Source: Takakia lepidozioides
Lineage: Eukaryota > Plantae > Bryophyta
Assembly (NCBI GenBank): GCA_030704615.1
Contig: CM060731.1
Span: forward strand, 76,880,001-76,944,000
DNA: 64,000 bases
Direction: 5' to 3'
Under the pieces are notes generated by a model that searched no databases, had not been told where the DNA came from, and saw nothing but the letters and a program-made list of their open reading frames with translations. Below, one piece after another: positions 1 through 12,715 of the stretch. Positions within the stretch are counted from its first letter, which is position 1. The number at the start of each line of letters is the position of its first letter. The translations under genes were made by a program, and so were the position numbers.

Positions 1-512
1 TGCATGTCGCTGCTCTCTTTCTCTTTGGTGCTGTCAGGTACACCCCCCATCACAAAGAGCTTTCCATCTATGCAGATGAAGCTGCAGCGAGAGGGAATCC
101 CAGATGGGCAGGACGGAATTGGGGGCAACCGATGCCATGTACCACCTTTGGGGTCGTACATAGCAATTGTGTACGTTCTTAGAAGAAAAATGTCAGAAGA
201 TTCATCATCAGAGTCCTCAGAAGAGAGGGGTGCGCTAGGCAATCTGTCAGCAAATTGTTCTTCTTGATTCAAAGATGCCTTGTCAAGCAACTCATGGACA
301 AGTAAGAGACCGGCTGGATGGGCTACTTGAGGACTACAAGAGCTATGGAAGGGGGGATTTTGAAGAACTTCTCGCCAGCCCTTCGAGACTGCAAGCATAC
401 GGGGTCGTGTGTACCACGGCAGCCTTCGTACCACGAAGTGTATAACAACGGCATCGGGGAGGCCTGGAAGAAGCTCTTGCTCTGCAACAAAAGCTTCTAT
501 GTTGAATCCCAT
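1..512 (-). CDS. F-box/kelch-repeat protein, N-terminal part (runs off window edge)
   Basis: Manual translation from ATG at 512: MGFNIEAFVAEQELLPGLPDAVVIHFVVRRLPWYTRPRMLAVSKGWREVL (F-box) ... YDPKGGTWHRLPPIP ... CIDGKLFVMGG (kelch). Open to position 1, so absent from the ORF track. Confidence 0.85.
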   Translation of the reverse strand, partial: MGFNIEAFVAEQELLPGLPDAVVIHFVVRRLPWYTRPRMLAVSKGWREVLQNPPFHSSCSPQVAHPAGLLLVHELLDKASLNQEEQFADRLPSAPLSSEDSDDESSDIFLLRTYTIAMYDPKGGTWHRLPPIPSCPSGIPSRCSFICIDGKLFVMGGVPDSTKEKESSDM

Positions 513-3500
513 CACTGGAGAATTTAACAAAGTGAGGGTGGCTAAGGTTTACAATATCTTGGTCGCCCTACCCGACATTGACAACCACACTTGGAAGTGA
601 AGATAACATACGCATTCAGAACGGGGGTGGAGGCGATACGAGAACACTAAGAGAGGTGAGAGCGAGCCGGGGTGAAAAAACTAATTTGCCTACTTGGGTT
701 GAGAGAAATTAAGTAAAGAACGCCTATGATTTTGAAGCACTGATCAGCACAAAAAACACAGATCCTTAGTGCAGTAGGGAGGTGGAAACGAGGAATTTAT
801 CTCGGCAAAAGACAGGGAAATGAATGACAAGATGACATCTTGAAAGTGAGTGAAAATCCCCTCTAGTCTAGATCGTGTGGCACCCTTCTGGTTCTCTACA
901 GGTGCTATTGGGACCTTTCAACTCTACGTAATTCTGTGCGTACAGGGACCTGTATCGTACTTGGTTTGTGGCACGAAGCTCGTTGGTTTTCTATGGGGAT
1001 GTGCATATACCTAGAGATAATGGCGAGAGGTTTTCGCAGATGTCCAGTGCATTTGGGGTTATCCCGTCCAGTACGTTCAGCGCAAAGTGAACGTCCCATA
1101 CACACCGTATCTGGAGTGGAAGTGAAGAGGTGCAACCTTTCGAGTGTGGCTGTGTTGCAGTATTTTGGGACGATTGGATGGCGAGCTTGAGATCAACCAA
1201 GAGTACATGACTGAAAGGAAGCTCAAATGTTAGAAATTGGTTATCCACATCGGTATTACAGTGAATCGTTAGCAACTGACTTCAGCAGCAACTTCGGCTT
1301 GACAAGCTGTAAACCTCTCTCGCTTCCGTGCCGCATAGAGACTCAATTGTAGACCTTGCTGGACACCATAAACAGCAGTTTTCACTTGCGATGCTGCAGC
1401 AGGCATCCATGTCAAGGTTTTATAGCTCTACATGCCTCGTCTCCAGAGAGACAGTCACGATCCTTTCGAAGGCAATACAGAAAGTTCGCATTACTTGAAG
1501 TTGCTAAGTTTAGAAATTCCCGCTTACAATTTTTATGAGGGAACCGGGCACCTGCAGCCATAAAGATTTCTTTTTGGTCCACTGGTCCAGGCTTGCAACG
1601 AGGATCACCGGAGTGACTCACTAGGAGCCAGAATGCGCCCAAGGGGTCTGTTCCTGTCTCTCTCTCTAGCGTCTGAGTGAGGACGATGAAACTTAGGCAT
1701 AAACTGGAATCAAACCCGACATTGAATACTGAAATGGCAGCCAAATCTGAAGATTGTTCTACCATCTACATCTACGCAAACAAACAAACAAACAAACAGA
1801 CCGACAGAGCAGGGACGATAAATGGCGACCAGGCTTAGACCTCGTATGATATGAACGGTCCGCTATGGAAAACGGCTGTGGATTGGTGTGTTGCTCTTCC
1901 TCACTTGATTCGTATGATCCGCGTATAATGGAAGATAGGAGGGCTGGGGATTGAGGTCTTTCAGATTAAAGAGCAAGGAACCCGCATATGCGAGTCTCTC
2001 GTTTCATATTTCTTAACCAAAACTGACATTGAGATACTTATCTTCACAAACATTAACCTTTCTGCGTCGATGGGATATGTTTATCTGCTCACCAATGAGG
2101 AAATAACAAGGGAAAATACCACGCTGGTATATTCTCAGCAAGATCACGAGCCAGCCTTTCTAAGGGCAGACGGAGTGCCAGTTGGACCTTATGACGCAGT
2201 TCCACCGGGATCCTTGTATAAAGACGAGGCCTTGGTAGTCATGACTGAAATGCGCCCGATACATGTAGAGTTGAAAGCCAATGCCATGCAAAGGTAGGAG
2301 GTGGCGTGTAGAAGAAACTGGGCTGAAATAGAGGAGTACAATCTATGTGGGACTGATGAAGAGCCGTGCACGTGCACTAATGTTGCGCAAGCCGTCTGAT
2401 GCGCTCAAAAAGACGACCGAAAGCTCGGCACGGGGTACGGTCTGTAGAGATAGGCACCTGCTGTTGGGGGAAGAGTGACGGGGTATGGGATGGAGAACCC
2501 GGGGGAGAAATGACCGGCGTGGGACTTCGGACCCTACCTGATAGACGCAGTGGGGGAGGGCTCAACAGACACAGTGAAAGTTTTTCGATCCGTGTGGCGC
2601 CGCCAGTGGAAGAACCTGGAATCTGCTGTGGAGAAGATCATTGTGAAGAGAACGAATTTTCTTGAACTTGTCTGGAGCTTGGCCTATGGTGGTACGAACC
2701 ACGAATATGTGATATGGGGTAGAAGTACTCTAACCCTAGGGCCTTCCAACAAGAGCAGTCGTGACCGTGTCCAACACATCTGGTCGCTCTGGGGAGGCAA
2801 CTGGCATAGATGGTGGTCTTCTTCTATGAAGCCATTCAAGAAGGCAGTCTTAACATCAAGTTGTTGAACTTCCAAATCAAACTGAGCCGCAAGCGCAAGT
2901 ATCACTCGTATAGATGCTAATTTGATTACTGGTGAAAATGTCTTTGCATAATCTAGTCCAAATATCTGTGAGTATCATTTTGCTACCAATCTTGCTTTAT
3001 AGCGATCCACACTCCCATCTGCCCGAAGTTTTACTTTGAACAGCCATTTACAACCTATAGGTTTTCTATTCTCTGGTAGCTTCATGACTGTCCATGTTTT
3101 GTTTCTTCTTAAAGATTCCAACTCAGAATCTATAGCATTCTTCCATTGTTCTGCTTCGAAACAAGATAAAGCCTCCTTCAAGGTAACAGGTTCGTTACAG
3201 AAGCTTGTGTCAAAAGTGCTCTTTGATGTCTCTCTCCTAGCCTGTCTTGAATCCTTCCCTACGGTGGGTGAGGTATTTTCTCTCACTATATCCTCTATGA
3301 CATCATAAGGCTGATAAACTGAACCCGTGCTCAGTGGTGATGGTAGTGCTCCCATTCCTTGACTTGGCCTAGGAAACTGAGAGGGTATTTGAGAAGGTTG
3401 CACACTTGGACTTGCGTGAGTGTTTTGTGGTACTATGTGAGTGCGAGGAATGGTAAATTATTAGTGTTTGCATATTGCTTAAAGAAAGATCGATCTAATA

Positions 3501-5992
3501 GCATTGAATCTTTGTCTACTTGTGTTCCTTCTTCTATAGCATCTCTCACTGTGTCATTACTATCCTCATGGAATATCACATCTCTGGAAATGATAATTGT
3601 CTTTTGTTTGGTCATTAATCTGTAACCCTTAAGTCTGTTCACTATAGCCCAAAAATGTACACTCGACAGTGTGTGAGTCTAGTTTGCGTCTATTATCCTG
3701 TGCAAAGGCTCTACAGCCAAAGACTTTCAAGTGTGATACATCAGGCTTCACAACTGTCCATAACTCTATGGGTGTTTTGTTATTATGTAGAGCTTTGGTT
3801 GGTGACCTATTCTATAGGTATGTGGCAGTCATAAGAGCTTCACCCCAATAGACATTTGGTAAACTAGCATGGTGTAGCATGGAAAGTACTGCTTCCACCA
3901 AGGTCCTATTTTTCCTCTTAGACACCCCATTCTGTTGTGGTGTTCCTGCTACAGTAAACTGCTCTTTATGCCACTCTATTGACAGAATAAATTAAACTCA
4001 TTAGAAATGTATTCACCACCCCCATCAGCCCTTAGAACCTTGATCTTCTTACTTAGCTGATTTTCAACCAGTAACTTATACTGTTTAAACCTCTCAAATG
4101 CCTCTGACTTTTGTTTTAATAAATAAACAACAGTAAACCTTGAAAGATCATCTATAAATGTGATGAAATACTTAAACCCATTGTGTGTGTGAGTTTGCAT
4201 CGGTCCACAAATGTTAGTATGTACGAGGCCTAACAGTTCAGTAGCTCTCGTGCCTCCCTCTACATGGAATTTCTCTCGGTGCTATTTTCTTGAGATGCAA
4301 TCTCTACATAATGTTAGTTTCCTAACATCTACTGAATCCAACCCTCTAACCATTGAGTTAGTTTGCATCTGATGCATTCTATCTTGGTTCATATGACCTA
4401 ATCTACAGTGCCATAGGTTTGCCTTGTTAGTCTCTAAGACAGTTGGCATTGCCATGACTTGTGAGTTCTGTAATGCAGTTCCTAGCTTATAGAGTCCGTT
4501 TTCTATCTCACATTTTGCTATGAGATTTTCCTTGGAATTCTTCAAGTTACAGCAACCTTCTTTTATGTTCATTTCTCCCCCAGCTAGGTCTAATTGCTTA
4601 ACAGAAATTAAATTCTTCTTGAGACCTGACACATGGAGCACGTCAGGTACCTCCCTTCGCTGTCCATTGCACAACAACACAATGGCTAACCCTTGGCCTG
4701 CTATTTCATGTGTTGATTCATCCCCTAAATAGACAACTTGTCCTGTCTCCACTCTTTGTATATCGCAAAAGTGTGTATGTCATACGTCATGTGTTGTGTG
4801 GCTCCTGTGTCCACATATCAAGTTGAATTTTTCCCTTTACTTATGATCATCGCTGCTACATAGAGCTGATTGCCTTCGACAGCAACATGTCCTTGTGTTG
4901 CTTGTTTGTTTGCGGCTTCAGCTGCAATCCTCTTCCTACAGTCCTTAATCATATATCCAAACTTCTTACAGAAAAAACGCACTTGATTTGCTTCTTCTTT
5001 CCTTTATTTGAGTTTGATCCTTTGCCATCCTCCTTCTTGACACTACTTTTGTCCTCATTTTGCTTCTTCTATTAAAACTATTATATGTACTAGACTTCTG
5101 TCCAGAATATAATGCAATTTTTGAATATGTAGCAGGTCCAAGACTCATCATTAAAATTTCCTCCTGTATTAAGTCTGTAATTAAAGACTGTAGACTTATA
5201 TTCGGCCGTCTCCTAAAAGAGCCTATAAATGTCCGATAACTCATCGGTATACTCCTCATTAGGGATAAGACAACATCCTCGTCTAACACAGGGGAACCAA
5301 CAGCGGAAAGCTGTTCTAGCAAAGATCTAAAGACATGTATATGATTGGTGACATTTTCATTCTCTTTCATTTTTAAAGTTTGAATTTTGTCTCTAAGGTA
5401 CATTTTTGTTACTGCATCCTTTGATTCATATAACCTTGTCAACTCTCGGTATGCTTCAAAAGCTGATGTACACAACTGTACATGTGACACTACACTATTG
5501 TCCAAGCAGTTATTAATTATGGTGAATGAGAGGGCATCTCTTTCTTCCCAGTTCACTATACTCCCAACACCTGTGGCTGGAAGCGCTTGCTACCCAGCAA
5601 CAATCTGTGCTGTCGTGGGAGCCACTGGTTTTAACTCTGTCCTACGACTAGAGCCCATAGTTTTTCTGCTTGTAACAGTAGTGTTACTCTATGCTTCCAC
5701 ACATGGAAGTATGTGCCATCAAACTTAGGAATATTGCTCACATCTACTCTTTGAACCATTCCAGTCTCTCAATCAATTATCAATTTCCAAGAAAGCATGA
5801 ACATCACAAAATTAGGCCATGTTAGAACTTGTGTTCTTCTATAAGAAACATAATTCTTCCACGCTGATGCATCGTGGAGAATTGTTAGTTCTCTCCTCCA
5901 AACTCTATCGACTCCTTTTAATTTCATTGTGTGTTTCGAAATTATTAGTTCGTTCTCATCAGTGACACTCTCTCTCCCGAGCCACAACCATG

Positions 5993-6004
5993 GCTCTGAT
6001 ACCA
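5993..6004 (-). other. Primer binding site (tRNA-iMet)
   Basis: TGGTATCAGAGC on the minus strand, immediately after the LTR end. Confidence 0.9.
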
Positions 6005-6322
6005 TGTGAAAACACCTATTCTATCCAAAGTCAATCACACACATAATCGTGTAAAACATAGAACTAGATTAAATAGATCTTACATCAAGAGAGAAAATGT
6101 TCACAAGAGAGATCTGCACTCTCTATGTCTCGGTGTCTCGGCGGCTGAGTCTGGTGGTTCTACATCTACTCAACTGTTGAGCTCTGTACCGTTCCACACT
6201 CCTTGGTGACTTCAACCACCTAACCACTTCAGATGTAATTGGATGTAACTGCACATCCTTAATCTATAATCTAGTACATCCTACATTATACACTGACAGA
6301 GAATTATAAATGTATTCCTTCA
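6005..6322 (-). repeat. 5' LTR of the copia element
   Basis: TGAAGG...TTTCACA; near-identical inverted copy at 19074-19383; outer flank CTATG (6323-6327, minus strand). Confidence 0.93.
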
Positions 6323-6575
6323 CATAGTGCTTTGTACTCAAGTATATGAGTTACCCTGAACGCGAGCAATCTATGTGTATATTTTTGTTAGATCCAATTC
6401 AGCACAGCGATTATCGTTTACCCATTATAGGCGACGTACAAGGGCACATGCCAGCATTGCGGCCTTTGCAGAGACAACTTAGAGGTAACGAATGTCCACG
6501 TGAGAGAACAAAGAGAATTTGAAAGAAGAGAGAGAGAGAAAGGTGGGAGGCACAAGAATCTTAAAAGCTTTACAG

Positions 6576-9153
6576 CGGAGAGGAACACGTCATTCCGACT
6601 GCCTCCAGGAGTAAAAGTGGCAGGAGGAAGGCTTTTACATACCAGGAGCTAGCAAAGGCAACCGACAACTTTAGCTCAGCCATGCAGGTGGGTAGTGGTG
6701 GGTATGGGAAGGTGTACCAAGGAATACTAGAAGACCAAAGGACAGTTGCTTTCAAGCGTGCTCGTGCTGATTCATTGCAAGGACCCACACAATTTTACAC
6801 AGAAATCGAACTGCTGTCGCGGGTGCACCACCGGAATCTCGTTGCTCTTGTGGGTTTCTGTACCGACCAGAGTGAACAGGTTTGCATTGTTACTTTCCTA
6901 CTCCTCTCCTTGTTTAAATGCTTTCCTTGCATGAGGCTGCACTACACAGGAGCTCAACATTTCCGTGTTCTCTTTGTGGACATTTTTCTTTCCTCTCTCC
7001 TTAATTCATCCGATCCCCCTCTTACTCCTTATGAGCAAGGATTGTCAGGGTTTGACATTGGAAGGGCTGTCTGCAGATGCTGGTGTATGAATTCATGGCA
7101 GGAGGTACTTTGCGAGATCATCTAATCAGTAATCTTTCTTTAGACGGGCCTTGTTGTTGAGCATTTGTGCGGTGATTTTTTTGGGCATCCTCTTTGAACA
7201 TGGCCTGTCAAGGGCTGAACCACAGGAATATTGCCAAAGGCACTTGTGAGTGAGTGATTGGTGGGATGTGAAAGCAGTTGGTCATCAGACGTTAGACTTC
7301 ATGTATGTGGTTATGTGGTGCGCATAGTTTATTGCAGTTATTGAGTTGTGTTATCTAAGTTGTAATGTACTGTCTCAATGGGTTGAATTTGGACAGATTG
7401 TACTCATAAGACGTTGTTTGCCGTAGCCTTGTGGCCATTGACCCCGCGCCCAGTTTGAGCGGGAACAAAAGGGACAGAACCTACCTCTGTCAGGGGCTGA
7501 CGTTGGTAGTAAGACTTACCTCCATATAAAGAATTAATCCGGGTTTTCCAGATATCCTCTAGAAATCCCTTCACACAAGCATCAATCTGCTGTGTGTGAT
7601 TTGCCCAAAAACTAGGCCTCAGGAGGGCCTGGGCTTTTGGCTCAGCCTCGAGACTTTCAAAGTTGGTAAACAGGGGTACAGGCACAATTCCCTTAATAGA
7701 TTTGAAGAGAGCGTCTCTTTGGTGAGAGAACCCCGGACAGTGTATCAGAAAATGAATACTGTCTTCAGATTGCCCACACAACGGGCAATTGCACTCTCCC
7801 TTCCTCTCTGCTTCTGTTTGCTGTTCAAAGGTAGGCTTCCTGCCCTGAGTTTAAATTTCAGTCTAGTGCCGAGAGTGGGTAGACCCTTGAGGTCATCCAA
7901 GATGTCCTCCCCCATGTCACAGACTGGAAACAAGTTCAGGGAAGTTTTCTGCCTAACTTCATTTTCATCAGACAATCTCATGGCAACAGACATGGCTGAG
8001 GACACTACAGCCTCTAAGTCAGATTTATCCAGCAGGGTCAAGACCTGCGGATCCAGGTTCAGGTCCTTGAGGATCTCTTCTACTCTCTTCTGCCAGGACT
8101 TAGCCTGTTTGACAGGGCGGTCCTGTTTCCAAGATATAGAGTCGATTAATTTAGGAGTTGAATTTGGACAGAGACAGAGATGCTGGACTTCACAACTCGC
8201 CTGCACATTGCTGTAGGAACAGCCAGGGGCATTCTCTACCTGCACACAGAGGCAAACCCTCCATTTTCCACAGAGACATCAAGGCCAACAATATACTTCT
8301 AGATGAAAAATACAATCCCAAAGTTTCCGACTTGGTCTGTCCAGGCCGGCACCCTTGCCTGGTTTGAATGGCTCCACCCCAGATCACATTTCAACCATGG
8401 TGAAGGGTACTCCTGTAAGCGTCTGACTCAGTATTCCCAAATTGACTTTATTTTACCTACATAGCTTTACTTTACTTGTTCTTCCTCTTTCCTTGATTGA
8501 ATCTAAAAAACAGGGGGATTTATTGGTCATGTGCAGGGCTACCTCGATCCTGAGTATTTTATGACCAACAAACTCACAGACAAGAGCGATGTATATAGCT
8601 TCGGTGTTGTATTGCTGGAGCTTATCACGGGCATGCATGCCATCTCCCATGGCAAGAACCTTGTTAGAGAGGTCTCGAAGCTGCCTCAAGTTTTGTGGTT
8701 CTAAATGCTGCCTTGCGATTGAGTTGGGGGTGTTGAGACATGGGATTACTACCATATGTCAGACTAGCCCTCACACAGCACACTATCCATTTTTTTCTTG
8801 GTGCAGGCACAACAATCATTTCAGCAAGGGAAAATACTATCAAAGTGGACCCCCTGGGGTCATACCCATCTGAGGGGCTGCAGCCCTTTGTTAGACTGGC
8901 AATGGCTTGTTGCGAGTCCAGCCATGAGGCACGCCCAAGGATGGTTGATGTGACACGAGAGTTAGAGGACATTTGGCGATTGACAGCATCATCAATGTCT
9001 GAATCATTTTCTCTTCCTCTCAATGAAGGCCAACCCACTTCAAAAATACAATCAGGGGATGACCTGGAGTATTTTGAAGTGGTGTCATTGGAGAGCAATG
9101 ATCATGAAGTGGAGCTCATGACAAATGCACCTCCACAAGTGAAGCCACGATAA
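6576..9153 (+). pseudogene. LRR-VIII-1-type (At1g06840-like) receptor kinase, kinase-domain exons, disrupted
   Basis: [81 protein letters not shown]. At least three 1-nt frameshifts and a retroelement inside an exon. Confidence 0.9.
7302..8185 (-). mobile_element. 5'-truncated non-LTR retrotransposon (ORF2 C-terminus, possibly RTE-X-like)
   Basis: LKFKLRAGSLPLN...CGQSEDSIHFLIHC zinc-knuckle region; flanked by 7-bp TSD GACTTCA (7295-7301, 8186-8192) that splits the kinase exon TLDF|TTRLHIA. Confidence 0.8.
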
Positions 9154-9770
9154 GGAAAGTCCATCACAGCTTTTTTCGTCAGTAACAAGGGGAAGAAGGC
9201 CTTTACAGTGACACAATACTTGACAGTACTTACCATAGAGAGAGAGAGAAGAGAGAAGAGGCCGGCTAAAGCCGGCGTAAATAAGAGCCGCTTCACAAGC
9301 AACCATAATCAATATTGTAACCAGGATTTGCCGACTTCTAGAAACAGCAGCATCATTCACTTTCTCTTTCTGTGTTTACTAATGAAATATGGAAGCATCT
9401 ACAGGGGAGATGTGAGATGGACTGAGAATCCCAATACTGATGCTTCAACAAAGGCAGCCAAAGTGACCAGCCAAGGTCCATTTACTCCAAAGAATTGTAC
9501 TCACTTGGTGTATCTGAGCTTTTTTAGTTTCTGATCACTGATCATAGACATACTAGTACGAAATTAGTTGTGTGAAGTGGTCACTGTCGAAGTTTGATCA
9601 CAGATATCTATCACCACCATCAGACTGAGCTGGTGAGCAAATGGAGACCCTACATCTAGCTAAAATAGCGCAGAATTTAGATGTTCCTACGACTATCCCA
9701 CAACTGGTCCCACAATGCATGCCGAACGCCATTCATGTTTGCACCATCCATGTACTCCATGAACGTTCAC

Positions 9771-12013
9771 TCAACTGTTACCGGCTTGAGCACGAGCACG
9801 CTCGAGTGCTTTGAGCTTGTTCGCCTCCGCGCCCGCTGTTCGTCTAGAACTGCATAGCCCTTATCCTCTTGTGGAAGTTCACCTTTTGCTGTTGCCTGGA
9901 GATTACCATCAAAACACAAAGATTGGCATAGAATAATGGCATGTAATATGTCCATATGCAGAGGTCTACTTTTCAATTACTTTGTGTCTGACAGGCACCT
10001 TTGTTACACAAAGTCTCTCACTAGTAATCAATGTTTACCCTACAATTTGCATGCCTACTGTCTCCACATAATTTAGAGTGAATACAGCCTCCAACTATGT
10101 ACTGGGTGTACAATGCATGTTGCTCACCTCCCTAAGATACTCATCCAACAAATCCACTGGTGGATCAGAGTGCTCCTCCACCTCATTTGCCACAGCCTCT
10201 CGCCCTCCAAGCCCACCTGTTAAACAAGCCACGAAGGTATGTACTCCTTCTCCAGAAACATAATGTTGATGTATCAGTTCATGCGAACAAAAGAACACTT
10301 CAAACGTCATGAGGGAATACTATGGTTTTGGTTGGATTACTCCTTTTGAAAGTGAAACAAAACTTGATTCATCATCTCATCACAAACAGAAGATGACAGC
10401 AACTAACCACCTTGCATTTGTTCTTCCTAAGGTGCCCTCCAAGCCCACCTGTTAAACAAGCCACGAAGATATGTACTCCTTCTCCAGAAACATAATGTTG
10501 ATGTATCAGTTCATGCGAACAAAAGAACACTTCAAACGTCATGAGGGAATACTATGGTTTTGGTTGGATTATTCCTTTTGAAAGTGAAACAAAACTTGAT
10601 TCATCATCTCATCACAAACAGAAGATGACAGCAACTAACCACCTTGCATTTGTTCTTCCTAAGTGTGAAACAAAGTGTTTACACCCTTCAGTCAGCTAGT
10701 CTTGTGTCTTTAGAACAATTTGTGCAAATTTCAATGCTACCTTGGTCAGTTGGTGGAGGGCAGTCAAAGTCAGGGAGGCCTTCTGCTGCTTCTCCATTCA
10801 AAGTTCCAGTTTCACCATTGGCAACTTTCTTACGCAAGTCACGCAAGCACATCTACACACATTACAGTGCACATCACATTTAAGCACCCACGGGGCTTCC
10901 ACCAGTGCTCTACTGATAGACAACAGTAATCTCCAAATCATCTTTGCCAATATCCAGTATGTGCAGTAATGGACAGAGGGAGCATAGAGCACACCCGAAC
11001 ACGTTTGGCAGCACCCAGCTTCTCAACCTTCTCCACAAACTGGGAGTAGGAATAGTAGGGCAGCAGGCAGGAGTGCCAGCGCACATATGCCTCCAACAAA
11101 CTCTTCAGATCCTCCACCTGCATCACATCTCCAGAAGTTGCCCTCAGGGTCTACACGATTATCGCCAAGCTTGCAGGACATTGCATTTAACATTACATGT
11201 AAAACCATAATATAGTAGTATCACAAAAAGAGGAAATCAGGGGATCTACAAGAACAGAAAGAGGGCCAGAGTCATTTCCTTGGTAGAATTGACTAAAAGA
11301 AATCTCCCTGCACTGACCTGAGTCCTTGGATCTTCACTTATTTACTCAGTGTTTTCTGGTCCATTCTTATGAACCATTCTTATGTCTGATCAGGGCAACT
11401 TTTTGATTTGGGTCCACCTAGACCTACAGTTTGGAACAATTTTCCATCCACGGCGTCTCCAAAGGATTTCTCAGGAACGCTAGGAACATTGCTTTTACAT
11501 GTTTAGACCTCATTTCAAGTCTGTTCTTGCAAAACCAATAGACCAAGTTCAAAGATCTCGCTGAAGATGATTCTAAAGTATACATTGTTTTTTCGACTGC
11601 AATTTCACGAACAAACAAACAGAGCATCTGCATCCAGTCCTGCTGCAGTATGGAAGCTGTCATCACGACCTAGTCAGACTGCCAAGAAGGAAGGACGCAC
11701 ACCGCACCTCGTGACCGCGGCCGCGTATGGTAACCTGCTGAGGCAACTTCTCAAGCACATACCCTAGGCCATCGCTGGAGAGCAGCAAGTCAGGCGTGAG
11801 TTTGGGCATCTTCCGTGGGCGTGGAGCTCCGCCGGTCTTGTTGGTTCCACCATCATTTCGGCGGCTAATTCCTGCCTTGCTTCCGGCTTTCCTGCCTGCA
11901 GCCTGGGGCCCAGAGTCGGAGGCAGGAGCTGAGGCGGGTGGCGCGTTGCAATCTTTAGCCCAGTGACCCTGCCTCCCACATTTGTAACATCCTCTGCCCC
12001 CTTTATCCGCCAT
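9771..12013 (-). CDS. TIPIN: TIMELESS-interacting protein / Swi3-Csm3 family with N-terminal CCHC knuckle; 5 exons; last exon frameshifted
   Basis: CYKCGRQGHWAKDC; PKLTPDLLLSSDGLGYV...RGRGHE|VEDLKSLLEAYVRWHSCLLPYYSYSQFVEKVEKLG (Swi3 domain). Exons approx. 12013-11708, 11117-10995, 10852-10741, 10216-10128, 9895-9771. Confidence 0.85.
10202..10663. repeat. Tandem duplication, 2 x 230 bp, inside TIPIN
   Basis: 10202-10431 and 10434-10663 are nearly identical. Confidence 0.95.
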
Positions 12014-12601
12014 GGCGACCTACTTTACTTTTGTGGAACATATATCTGAAAATCCTATGCTAGCATTGTGCAACAGCCCTCATTCAGCACGAACGTGGTG
12101 TCTTTGATTTTTATATCTATTCAATAACACTGTAATTCTATCGGCAATTTGGGTTGGTCTGTCTCTCCCCCTCTCTCCTCATGGCTGTTTAGAGAGGGCT
12201 GAACCCTCCCAAATCATTGTCCGTAATGTGGGTTGTTTGCTGCTGAAAATCCGAGTACTTCTATTGTTTCCGCCACACACACTGTCTCTCTCTCACTCTC
12301 ACACACACACACGTAGAGGGGTGTTTCCTACACATTCTCTGTCGATCTATGTAGCGATGGCTAGACAGTCTCTTTATGGCGGGAACTCGGCCTTCGAAAG
12401 ATAAACGGTTAAGATTATGTCCATAGGCAGGGCATGGACACGTGGAAAGAGATGAGGCGTCAAATCTAAACCTAGAGAAAAGTAAGGAAGCACGAAACTA
12501 GAAAATTACCAAAAAATCGAGAGGAGGTTGACCACACTATTACAAAACCCATTCATCGTCAAGTCCAAGTCCATGATGGTTGAGGACGGCGTTTTGTTTT
12601 C

Positions 12602-12715
12602 CGTACTATGGAATGGACTGCAACATGCCACTGTGGCGGGTAAGGTGGTGGCGAGCCGGAGGGCGAGCTGCCACCGAAACCGCCATAATGGCATGTTGTG
12701 GCCCATTCCATAACG
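12602..12715. repeat. Imperfect inverted repeat / hairpin (MITE-like)
   Basis: TATGGAATGGACTGCAACATGCCACTGTGGCGG pairs with CCGCCATAATGGCATGTTGTGGCCCATTCCATA. Confidence 0.7.

Larger units (their letters stand above)
2817..6322 (-). mobile_element. Ty1/copia LTR retrotransposon, 5' half (LTR-PBS-gag-PR-IN-N-terminal RT), degenerate
   Basis: UBN2-type gag (4966-5556), GAG-pre-integrase LWHCRLGH, integrase YFITFIDDLSR...LRADGGGEY, RT KPIGCKWLFKVK...YKARLVAK and QLDVKTAFLNG. Contains stops and frameshifts; RT breaks off after LNGFIEED. Confidence 0.95.

Noticed and set aside
2760-2816. IWSLWGGNWHRWW as another PDF half-motif at the inversion breakpoint
   Set aside because: Similarity limited to Trp spacing; too short to support.
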